Positions 1-9,292 of a stretch of DNA of 59,206 bases are shown here, piece after piece (the first letter of the stretch is position 1; the number at the start of each line of letters is the position of its first letter). Location: contig JAUYPE010000012.1 of NCBI GenBank assembly GCA_030697705.1, forward strand, positions 1-59,206, given 5' to 3'. Made by a program: the position numbers and the translations under genes. The DNA is from a bacterium (GTDB lineage Bacteria; Patescibacteriota; Minisyncoccia; Sungbacterales; HO2-52-23). The notes beneath the pieces are model-generated. The model did no database searches. It worked only from the letters and a program-made list of their open reading frames with translations, and had not been told where the DNA came from.

Positions 1-176
1 CCAATCATGTACCCGACGGCATGGGACATCTGAAAGAATCAATACACAGGTCAAGGCGCCGGTTATCCAACACGAAACTGCTGAAAGGATTTCTCAAGGC
101 GAGTACACTATATTAATCTAAGTGTGGAAGGTCAGTAGGTATTAGTCTCATCCTTTGGGGCACTTTTGCCATTATC

Positions 177-410
177 ATGTCGGCAAAATTTATTTCTCTA
201 TTGGGACAGCCTGGCACAGATATTCTTGTTCTTGTATCAAGTAGTGTTGTCCCCTTTGTGATAATTTTTATATTTCAAAAACACTTGCGTAAGCTAACCT
301 CTCCATTTGCGGAAGGGAGCAGGTATGCATGTATTGTAGTTCTAGCTTTATTTGGATTGTATTTGTCCGGTGTACTATTCACCTCTTTACTACTCGTCCT
401 CGCCGGATGA
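177..410 (+). CDS. hypothetical small hydrophobic protein (2 predicted TM segments), AT-rich
   Basis: 77 aa ORF directly upstream of atpG with two hydrophobic stretches (VLVSSSVVPFVIIFIF, IVVLALFGLYLSGVLFTSLLLVLAG). I recognised no homology and it could be spurious. Confidence 0.25.
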   Translation: MSAKFISLLGQPGTDILVLVSSSVVPFVIIFIFQKHLRKLTSPFAEGSRYACIVVLALFGLYLSGVLFTSLLLVLAG

Positions 411-423
411 TCCTTATCAAGAT

Positions 424-1353
424 ATGCCCTCAACGAAGTCAATAAAACAGCGCATTAAGTCGGTTAAAAGTACCGCACAGATTACGAAGGCGATGGAGGT
501 GGTGTCCGCGACGAAGATGCGGAAGTCTCAGCAATTCGCTCTCGCGGCACGGCCCTACGCCGTCGCGTCCCTTGAGATGTTGCAAAATATTTTGACACGG
601 ACTGAAAAATTACCGCCCCTTTTGACCACGCGTGAAGTCAAGCATGCGCTTTTGCTTGTGGTAACTTCAGATAAGGGACTCGCAGGAGCACTTAATGCGA
701 ATGTCATTAAAAAAGCCGAGCAGTGGATAGAAGCGCGACGATTAGAAGGTGTCTCTTTTTCGCTTATTACCGTAGGTAAGAAAGCGCGCGATTATTTTTT
801 GCGGCGCGATATTCCAATTAGAGAAAGTTTTACCGGTTTTGGGGACTTTACGACTTTTTCTCAAACCCTGCCCATCGCACAGATACTGCTTAAAGGATTT
901 CAGGATGGTCAATGGGACAGCATTGACGCGGTGTCCATGAATTTTCGCACGACGCTGGTGCAGGAGGCGGTAGTCAAAAAAATACTTCCTGCAACGCCCG
1001 AGGGATTGGAGGACGCCGTGCGGGGAATTTTGCCGGAAGCGGGGCGGTTCGCCGCATCAAAATTACCGAGAGCTGACAAGAGCCCCTACCGCTATGAATA
1101 TGTATTGGAACCATCCCCGGAAATTCTTCTTGCCGCAATCGTGCCCGATCTCATACGTATGCACCTCCATCATATTATTCTGGAGGCGAATGCATCGGAG
1201 CACTCGGCGCGCATGGTTGCTATGAAGAGCGCTTCGGACAACGCGCGGGATTTGATAACTTCCCTCACTCGTGGTTATAATAAAGTCCGCCAGGCGGGGA
1301 TTACGCGGGAGCTTACCGAGATTACCGCCGGCAAGGAGGCGTTAGAAGAATAG
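424..1353 (+). CDS. atpG: F1 ATP synthase gamma subunit
   Basis: ORF 352..1353 trimmed to the ATG at 424. The conserved gamma N-terminus (MPSTKSIKQRIKSVKSTAQITKAMEVVSATKMRK) and C-terminus (NKVRQAGITRELTEI) are present, and atpD and atpC follow. Confidence 0.93.
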   Translation: MPSTKSIKQRIKSVKSTAQITKAMEVVSATKMRKSQQFALAARPYAVASLEMLQNILTRTEKLPPLLTTREVKHALLLVVTSDKGLAGALNANVIKKAEQWIEARRLEGVSFSLITVGKKARDYFLRRDIPIRESFTGFGDFTTFSQTLPIAQILLKGFQDGQWDSIDAVSMNFRTTLVQEAVVKKILPATPEGLEDAVRGILPEAGRFAASKLPRADKSPYRYEYVLEPSPEILLAAIVPDLIRMHLHHIILEANASEHSARMVAMKSASDNARDLITSLTRGYNKVRQAGITRELTEITAGKEALEE

Positions 1354-1376
1354 AAAATACCCCGCACATTTCATTT

Positions 1377-2912
<1,536 letters not shown>

Positions 2913-2926
2913 TTATAAGGATATAC

Positions 2927-3169
2927 ATGAAGATCGCCCTCTACTCATTGGCAAAAATAATTTTTGAAGGCGAGGCCGTTCAGCTCTCGTGCTTTACTCC
3001 GTCCGGTCAGCTTACCGTGTTAGATGGACACGTTCCCCTTATTACCACCGTCTCTGGTCCGTTTGTGGAAATACGGGAACGCGATAGCGACGTCCACAGC
3101 CGTTTTCCCCTTTCAACAGGCATCATGGAGGTCAGACCGCACAGCGAGATCGTCGTTCTCGTTTCTTAA
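2927..3169 (+). CDS. atpC: F1 ATP synthase epsilon subunit, N-terminal beta-sandwich domain only
   Basis: 80 aa ORF immediately after atpD with an epsilon-like pattern (GQLTVLDGHVPLITTV). The C-terminal helical hairpin is absent. Confidence 0.8.
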   Translation: MKIALYSLAKIIFEGEAVQLSCFTPSGQLTVLDGHVPLITTVSGPFVEIRERDSDVHSRFPLSTGIMEVRPHSEIVVLVS

Positions 3170-3256
3170 GAACTGAAGGGGCGCGAATATTCCTCTCCCG
3201 ATCGTGTTTCGGGATCATATAAATTTCCTTCTTGTCAGTTTTAGTGCCATACTCTC

Positions 3257-3715
3257 ATGCCATTATCAGACGCTTTTTTATTTAAATTCACTACGGACCT
3301 CACGCATTATACTGCCGAAGCGTTTGCCGTGCGGTGCTTTGACAATCGTTTTTGGAAAGCGTTTCATGCGTTTATTAAAAACAAAAAACTCGGTCATATA
3401 GACACTGAATCCGTTGCCGGTGGTGCAAAAATTTTCGCCTCTCCGGAAATGGAGAGTGACCGTGACTTTATGTTCCGTGAACTGGAAAAATCCATACAGC
3501 TTCATCATACGAGGTGCGTTATGCTTTTCACCCATCACGACTGCGGCGCGTACGGCGGGCTTGCGCGATTTGGCGGCGACAGCGCGGCAGAGCTTGCGTT
3601 TCACCGCGAAGAACATGCGAATGCCCGCGCGGTGATCCTGACACGTTTCCCCGACCTTGTCGCTGGAAGCTATTTTATAAGCGCGGATGAGATTATAGCT
3701 TTTCCACAAAAGTAG
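3257..3715 (+). CDS. hypothetical protein, possibly beta-carbonic-anhydrase-like fold
   Basis: 152 aa. It carries C-x-D-x-R-like (VRCFDNRF) and H-x-x-C-G-like (THHDCGAYGG) motifs spaced as in beta-class carbonic anhydrases. The functional call is weak. Confidence 0.5.
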   Translation: MPLSDAFLFKFTTDLTHYTAEAFAVRCFDNRFWKAFHAFIKNKKLGHIDTESVAGGAKIFASPEMESDRDFMFRELEKSIQLHHTRCVMLFTHHDCGAYGGLARFGGDSAAELAFHREEHANARAVILTRFPDLVAGSYFISADEIIAFPQK

Positions 3716-3726
3716 TTTTTGATAGC

Positions 3727-3755
3727 TTGACAATATTTCTGCCTATTGCTATCAT
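3727..3755 (+). promoter_or_regulatory. sigma70-like promoter (TTGACA-17 nt-TATCAT)
   Basis: TTGACA at 3727..3732, an exact 17 nt spacer, then TATCAT at 3750..3755. Confidence 0.5.
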
Positions 3756-3876
3756 GCCCGCATGAGGATGTTCGGATCGTATTTTTGGAGCTTTTTCTTT
3801 TCTGCTTCTCTCTGTGGAGGAGTTGGTTCGGTGTTGAATGGATAGCCACCCGCTACACATCCCAAACCGAAACTTC

Positions 3877-3901
3877 CTCCTCTCCTGTGAGGAGTTTTTT
3901 A
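3877..3901 (+). terminator. intrinsic terminator or attenuator hairpin in the leader of the 3943 ORF
   Basis: CTCCTC-6 nt-GAGGAG followed by a T7 run. The upstream GGAGGAG (near 3817) can alternatively pair with the same CUCCUCC tract. Confidence 0.45.
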
Positions 3902-3942
3902 TTACCGTAAGAGAAGTTCTTTCATAAAAAAGGGGTTTGACC

Positions 3943-4236
3943 ATGAGGGCGCTTACGATAGATGAAATGATGCGATACCAAGTGTTTCGTCGCGGCAATC
4001 CACTTCTTGATTGGTACCACCTTCTGATGGATAGCAAGGAGGGGATGGTTTTGGAGAGTACCGGCAAGGATTTGGAAGCATTAAGGGCGTTGGCAAAAAG
4101 TATACCGCTCTCTCAAAATGAAATCTTACTCATTATTATGGAAAGTCCATTGAGTGTGGTATGGGAGGGTTATCCTCCCATACTTCCTCCCTATACGGAT
4201 CCTACCAGAAAGGAGTTTCCCGTTGCCGTGGGATAG
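3943..4236 (+). CDS. hypothetical protein
   Basis: ORF 3937..4236, with ATG at 3943 preceded by AAGGGG. I recognised no family. The last 4 codons and the stop lie inside the 37 bp repeat shared with the trmH-like gene. Confidence 0.5.
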   Translation: MRALTIDEMMRYQVFRRGNPLLDWYHLLMDSKEGMVLESTGKDLEALRALAKSIPLSQNEILLIIMESPLSVVWEGYPPILPPYTDPTRKEFPVAVG

Positions 4237-4244
4237 GCAATAAC

Positions 4245-4290
4245 GAGGCCGGTCATTCTGAATAGTTCAGACAGACCGGCTCATTTTTTT
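4245..4290 (+). terminator. intrinsic terminator
   Basis: GAGGCCGGTC ... GACCGGCTC hairpin followed by a T7 run. Confidence 0.7.
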
Positions 4291-4319
4291 ATCTTATTTA
4301 CGCATGTGGAAAACGGCAG

Positions 4320-4348
4320 TTGACAGCAAGAGCGAGACGCACTACTCT
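4320..4348 (+). promoter_or_regulatory. candidate promoter (TTGACA-17 nt-TACTCT)
   Basis: TTGACA at 4320..4325, a 17 nt spacer, then TACTCT. No ORF follows. Confidence 0.4.
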
Positions 4349-4354
4349 CATAAA

Positions 4355-4494
4355 AGATATGGGAAGTTACCAGCGCATTAATCTTATCGGTCTTCACCTC
4401 ATTCTCCTCGCCAAGGAGAGGTTTTCTGCAAGTGCGTAACTGTTGAAACGAAAAGACGCACCGCTGAAACCCTCACCGTATGAGGGGTTTTTTG
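4355..4494 (+). ncRNA. candidate small RNA of about 140 nt, unknown family
   Basis: Lies between the candidate promoter at 4320 and an intrinsic terminator (CCCTCA-5 nt-TGAGGG plus a T6 run, 4468..4494). There is no plausible ORF and internal hairpins are present (TCTCCT-CGCCA-AGGAGA). Confidence 0.3.
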
Positions 4495-4843
4495 TTGCCG
4501 GAGGCGAGGTGAGTGACGGGAAGGGATCGGATATATTTCATGGTCTTTTACAAATGAAAGAGAGGAACTGTATGGCAAACGACTATCATTCGCATGGATT
4601 TTGCACATGCAGAGGCGATCAGGACAGAGCTGAGTGGGCTGATCCTCTTCGCCAAGCGATGCATAATCGGCATCGTGACACAAAGAGCAACATCTTTCCC
4701 TATAAGGACAAACCAGAGCTGTCAGATACTTCATCAAGGCATGAATTCGCGCCGAAGCTTCTCCTTCCGCAAAGCGGGTAAGGGAGATGCGTAAAACAGA
4801 CGAGAGATGGACCCCCCGCAAGGTTCATCTCTTTTTATTTTTT
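4495..4843 (+). ncRNA. candidate structured RNA of about 350 nt, unknown family
   Basis: No convincing ORF on either strand. It has several local hairpins (CGATGC/GCATCG, GCATG/CATGC, CCGC-AAA-GCGG) and ends in a strong terminator: an 11 bp stem at 4803..4832 followed by a T-rich run to 4843. Confidence 0.3.
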
Positions 4844-4898
4844 GTGTTATCATTGGCACAGCTCATTAATATAAAAACCCATACGAGGAACACGCACC

Positions 4899-5591
4899 AT
4901 GAGCCAGCTTTATTTGGATGACATACGCATTCGCCAGGTCATACTGGATGTTGACGGAACAATTAGCAATTTGATATCAACCCTTGAACACAAGATGATA
5001 ATTACCGCGGCTACCTATGGACTCCCGGAAGAATCAGTACGCAATGATTTTGCGCTGATCCGCTCGGGGCAACGCTCTGATGCAGGGAATGCGCACGCGG
5101 GATTCCGGCGTATGTTTCCGGATGTTACCGATGAGAAGTTGGAAGAATTTGTCGCCTATTTCCATCATCTTGAACGAACTATGCCCTATCCGGAAGTGCC
5201 GGAGAGTAAAGCGACGATCCAATGGCTGATGAGTCATGGCATCGCGCTCTCATTGTGCACCGCGGCTCATCATGCAACACTCTCCGTGCGTTTGCCAGCA
5301 CTGGGCGTTGAGCTTAATTGGTTTGACGAGTGCCGTACCTGGGAAGACACCCCTCGCAAACCCGATCCTCGCACACTGGATGTGATCTTCCAAAAAACGA
5401 ACATACCGTCGCATGAGACGCTGCATATCGGCGACTCGCTTACGGATTTTCACGCGGCGCAGGAGGTCTATTTTATAGCCGTATATCAATACGGACTCAC
5501 GCGACCGGAAAAGTTTGAAGAGGCAGGCGTGCCGCGGCATCGGATTCTTTGCCGGCTCGCAGATATCACGAATGTTTTGGAAATTCGTTGA
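4899..5591 (+). CDS. HAD-superfamily hydrolase (phosphoglycolate phosphatase-like, subfamily IA)
   Basis: DxDGT motif (ILDVDGTI), K-PDP motif (PRKPDP) and GDSxxD motif (IGDSLTDF). Confidence 0.85.
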   Translation: MSQLYLDDIRIRQVILDVDGTISNLISTLEHKMIITAATYGLPEESVRNDFALIRSGQRSDAGNAHAGFRRMFPDVTDEKLEEFVAYFHHLERTMPYPEVPESKATIQWLMSHGIALSLCTAAHHATLSVRLPALGVELNWFDECRTWEDTPRKPDPRTLDVIFQKTNIPSHETLHIGDSLTDFHAAQEVYFIAVYQYGLTRPEKFEEAGVPRHRILCRLADITNVLEIR

Positions 5592-5720
5592 TTCTCCAAG
5601 AGAAGCATGCGTCTCTCGCGTCCGACCGTATCCGCCGAAGTTGCACATAAAAGCAACCGGCGGATTTTTTTATCCGATATACTGGCAGACTTTTCCCGAT
5701 TGGTTTACGCTGGTGGAGCG

Positions 5721-6701
5721 ATGAAACGGAACTGGCAAAAGTTCACGCGAAGAATGCCATCATTATCCGCCATACGAGTGGTTTTTTTTAGCATGCTTAC
5801 CTTGCTTGGAATGGCGACCGGCTACACAATTACCCAACCGGAGCTTCTCATGCTTATGCGTTATAATCCAGAGGCGGAACATCAAGATCGCGAATCCATC
5901 GCACATTCCGCTCCGCAGAAGGTCAAGCCAGTGCCGTCGGAAGGCGCACCGGTCGGCTCCGTGCGGGTACCTATTATCGTCTATCACAGCGTGCGGCCTT
6001 ATTTTTTCGGGCAGACGCGCCAAATGCGCGAGTTTGACGTCTCACCGGAACTGTTTGACCGCCAGCTTGCCTACCTGCGCGATAATAATTATACCGTGAT
6101 CTCATTTGACGCCTTGGTGAATTACTTGCAAAAGGTAACCCCGTTGCCCGATAAGCCGGTCGTACTTAATTTTGATGACGGCTGGAAGAACCAATATACC
6201 TACGCATTTCCCATCCTGAAAAAATACGGTATGACGGCGACTTTCTTTGTCTTCACCAACGCAATCGGGCATAAAAATTATCTTTCGTGGGACAACCTTC
6301 ACGAACTGGAAGATGCCGGCATGACGATCGCCGACCATACCCGTTCTCATCCGTATCTTTTTAAGATAACAGATGCCGCACAATTGCGCGATGAGATTAT
6401 AGAAAGTAAGAAAGTTTTAGAGGATCATCTGGACCGTCCGGTATCACTGTTCGCGTTCCCTTTCGGTTACGATAATCCTGCCGCGCTTCATTTCATCAAA
6501 GAGGCGAGATACACCGCTGCACGCATGGGCGCTTACGGCATTGACCATACGAGCGAAGGTCTTTACCGGCTTAAAAGTGTGCAGGTCGCAACCGACATGG
6601 CTCGTTTCGCGCGGGACTTGGGCAGTGTCCCCCTTGTCAACACGCGAGGGGATAACCGCAAGGGAAACACGTCCGATGTTGGCTCGGTTATATCTCCATA
6701 A
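5721..6701 (+). CDS. polysaccharide deacetylase (NodB homology domain), N-terminal membrane anchor
   Basis: ORF 5607..6701 trimmed to the ATG at 5721 (GGTGGAG SD). Carries NodB motifs VLNFDDGW and DHTRSHP, plus a TM helix after the start. Confidence 0.85.
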   Translation: MKRNWQKFTRRMPSLSAIRVVFFSMLTLLGMATGYTITQPELLMLMRYNPEAEHQDRESIAHSAPQKVKPVPSEGAPVGSVRVPIIVYHSVRPYFFGQTRQMREFDVSPELFDRQLAYLRDNNYTVISFDALVNYLQKVTPLPDKPVVLNFDDGWKNQYTYAFPILKKYGMTATFFVFTNAIGHKNYLSWDNLHELEDAGMTIADHTRSHPYLFKITDAAQLRDEIIESKKVLEDHLDRPVSLFAFPFGYDNPAALHFIKEARYTAARMGAYGIDHTSEGLYRLKSVQVATDMARFARDLGSVPLVNTRGDNRKGNTSDVGSVISP

Positions 6702-6728
6702 GGAGTTTTCTTTCGCACGCTATTTTTT

Positions 6729-9143
6729 ATGACATCACAACATCACTCATCCGATCCGTTTATTCTTCCTTTCTCAGCTGTCCGTCTTGATGATATCCCC
6801 CGTGTTGGCGGTAAAAATGCCGCGCTCGGCGAGCTTGTGCATGAATTGAAAGAGTATGGCATCCGCGTCCCTGATGGTTTTGCCGTCACCGTGGCGGCGT
6901 ATCACCACTTCTGCACTGAAGCCGGCATAGTTGACACGATAAAAGATCATCTTGCGCGTGTTGACCGCCGCGATATCGCTACGCTTAAAAAACATGGCAC
7001 CGCGATTCGCCAAGCATTCATGAACGCCACGTTTCCCACCGAGTTTACAGAAGAGATCATGAGGGCATATCGGGAGCTCTGTAAAAAAATAGGCAAGAAA
7101 AATCCGCGCGTCGCCGTACGTTCGTCGGCAACAGCAGAGGATCTTCCCGGTGCATCGTTTGCTGGACAACAGGAAAGTTTTCTCCATGTGAGCGGGGAGG
7201 CACAGCTCCTTGAGGCGGTAAAAAAATGTTTCGCCTCGCTTTTTACCGACCGCGCTATTGCTTACCGGATTGATAAGGGATTCGTTCACGAGATACCCGC
7301 CATTTCGGTCGGTGTTCAGCATATGGTGCATGCGGATACGGGTGCCGCGGGTACGCTTTTCACAATTGATCCGGAAACTGGATTTGGTAATATTGCCGTG
7401 GTACACGCCGCATGGGGTTTAGGCGAGGCGTTGGTGCAGGGGCGCGTTATCCCTGACGAGTTCATCGTATTCAAGCCGCTTTTGAAACAGCACGATACGC
7501 GTCCGGTTCTCACTCGCATCCTGGGGGAAAAATCCGTCCGCTCGTGTTTTATCGGCGGCGTGATAAAAGAAATGCCGGTGGCTGATCGAGATCGCCGGCG
7601 CTTCTGTCTCACGGACGACGACGTTTTGCTTCTCGCCCGTTGGAGTATGCGCATTGAGAAACATTTTTCAAAAAAGCACGGGCGAGCAACGCCCATGGAT
7701 ATTGAGTGGGCGAAGGATGGCATAACCGGAGAGCTTTTTATCGTGCAGGCACGTCCCGAGACGGTACACGCCGTGGCGGGAGGGATGGTTCATCGTGAGT
7801 ACCGGATGATGAAAAAAGGCACGGTCATCGCCGAGGGTGTCGCGGTCGGCAAGCGCATTGCAAGCGGCGTCGCGCAACACATTATGCACGCCGATACGAT
7901 TCAAAAATTTCGTAAAGGATCCGTATTGGTGACAACTATGACGGATCCGGACTGGGAGCCCATCATGAAGTCCGCGGCGGCAATCGTGACCGACCGTGGT
8001 GGACGGACAAGCCATGCGGCGATCATCTCGCGCGAGCTCGGTATTCCCTGTATCGTTGGAGCAAAAACCGCGACGCACTCCATAAAAAACGGCCAGCCGA
8101 TAACGGTTGACTGTTCATCGGGGACTGCCGGTTTCGTCTACAAGGGCAAGATTCCTTTCATGGTAAAGGAGGAGAAAGTCAACGGCGTTAAAAAACTTTC
8201 AGCAAGCATCATGGTGAATATCGGTTCGGCGGACGAGGCGTTCGGACACCACTATTTACCAACCGAGGGTGTGGGACTCGGTCGCCTAGAGTTTATCATC
8301 AGCGCTGGTGTCAAGATCCACCCTCGGGCACTCATTGATTTTACGAAACTTAAACGTTCCGGCGCGCATGCGGCACTGATCAAAAAAATAGACGCAATGA
8401 CCAATGGTGTGGCGGATAAAGAACGATACTACGTAGATACGCTCGCCCAAGGTATTGCAAAGATAGCAGCCGTTGCGTGGCCGCACCCCGCGATTATCCG
8501 CTTTTCTGACTTTAAAACGAATGAATATCGCACGCTTGTCGGCGGCGATTTGTACGAACCCGTGGAAGAAAATCCCATGCTCGGTTGGCGGGGCGCCAGC
8601 CGGTATTACGATCCGGCATTTGAGCGAGCGTTTGCTCTGGAGTGTGCGGCGATTAGAAAAGTGCGTAGCGTTATGGGGCTCACCAATATCATTCCCATGA
8701 TTCCCTTTTGCCGCACGCCGGAGGAGGGAAGGCGCGTGGTGAAGACCATGGCGCGTTACGGCCTTGATCGCACAAAAGATCCGACGCTCAAGATTTATAT
8801 CATGTGTGAAATTCCCTCCAATGTTCTGCAGGCGGATGAATTCTTGGATTCTTTTGACGGCATGTCTATCGGCTCAAACGATCTTACCCAACTTACCCTT
8901 GGTCTTGACCGAGATTCACACTTAGTGAGTAGCATTGCCAACGAGAATAATGAGTCCGTCAAGGAGCTCATCCGTATTGCCATTAGAAAATGTCGCGCAC
9001 GCGACAAATACATCGGCATCTGCGGACAGGCACCATCTGACCATCCCGACTTCGCCGAATTTCTCATCAAAGAGGGCATCAGCAGTATTTCTCTGAATCC
9101 CGACACCGTCATCTCAACTATTGTCCGACTTGCGAAAAAGTGA
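6729..9143 (+). CDS. ppsA: phosphoenolpyruvate synthase (pyruvate, water dikinase)
   Basis: 804 aa with the phosphohistidine swivel motif GGRTSHAAIISRELGIPCIVG and the C-terminal PEP-utilizer motif GSNDLTQL. Confidence 0.95.
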   Translation: MTSQHHSSDPFILPFSAVRLDDIPRVGGKNAALGELVHELKEYGIRVPDGFAVTVAAYHHFCTEAGIVDTIKDHLARVDRRDIATLKKHGTAIRQAFMNATFPTEFTEEIMRAYRELCKKIGKKNPRVAVRSSATAEDLPGASFAGQQESFLHVSGEAQLLEAVKKCFASLFTDRAIAYRIDKGFVHEIPAISVGVQHMVHADTGAAGTLFTIDPETGFGNIAVVHAAWGLGEALVQGRVIPDEFIVFKPLLKQHDTRPVLTRILGEKSVRSCFIGGVIKEMPVADRDRRRFCLTDDDVLLLARWSMRIEKHFSKKHGRATPMDIEWAKDGITGELFIVQARPETVHAVAGGMVHREYRMMKKGTVIAEGVAVGKRIASGVAQHIMHADTIQKFRKGSVLVTTMTDPDWEPIMKSAAAIVTDRGGRTSHAAIISRELGIPCIVGAKTATHSIKNGQPITVDCSSGTAGFVYKGKIPFMVKEEKVNGVKKLSASIMVNIGSADEAFGHHYLPTEGVGLGRLEFIISAGVKIHPRALIDFTKLKRSGAHAALIKKIDAMTNGVADKERYYVDTLAQGIAKIAAVAWPHPAIIRFSDFKTNEYRTLVGGDLYEPVEENPMLGWRGASRYYDPAFERAFALECAAIRKVRSVMGLTNIIPMIPFCRTPEEGRRVVKTMARYGLDRTKDPTLKIYIMCEIPSNVLQADEFLDSFDGMSIGSNDLTQLTLGLDRDSHLVSSIANENNESVKELIRIAIRKCRARDKYIGICGQAPSDHPDFAEFLIKEGISSISLNPDTVISTIVRLAKK

Positions 9144-9156
9144 CACTATTCATAGT

Positions 9157-9271
9157 GTCATCCTGAACCGCCTTTGGCGGTGAAGGATCCCGTACAGTTT
9201 CAGTATACTGAAACCTAACGGGATTCCTCCCTCACGGGACGCCTACTGGCAGTCGCTCCGCTCGGAATGAC
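9157..9271. repeat. palindromic repeat element, copy B (reference copy)
   Basis: GTCATCCTGAACCGCCTTTGGCGGTGAAGGATCCCGTACAGTTTCAGTATACTGAAACCTAACGGGATTCCTCCCTCACGGGACGCCTACTGGCAGTCGCTCCGCTCGGAATGAC, 115 bp, between ppsA and the glucokinase gene. Confidence 0.85.
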
Positions 9272-9292
9272 GGAATAATGTTTCAAGTATCC

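Noticed and set aside
1-120. Possible 3' end of atpA or another gene entering from the left edge.
   Set aside because: Two frames are open for 30-40 codons, but neither resembles an ATP synthase alpha C-terminus that I can recognise. It is too short to call.
4257-4898. The ORF-free region might have been RNase P RNA, tmRNA, SRP RNA or 6S RNA.
   Set aside because: I could not find the conserved cores on either strand. These are GGAAAGUCC and ACAGAA..GGCUUA for RNase P, the 5' GGGG with T-arm GGUUCGA and a tag ORF for tmRNA, and the GGAAGGAAGCAGCC-like helix 8 for SRP. The region is kept as an unassigned RNA candidate and needs an Infernal scan.
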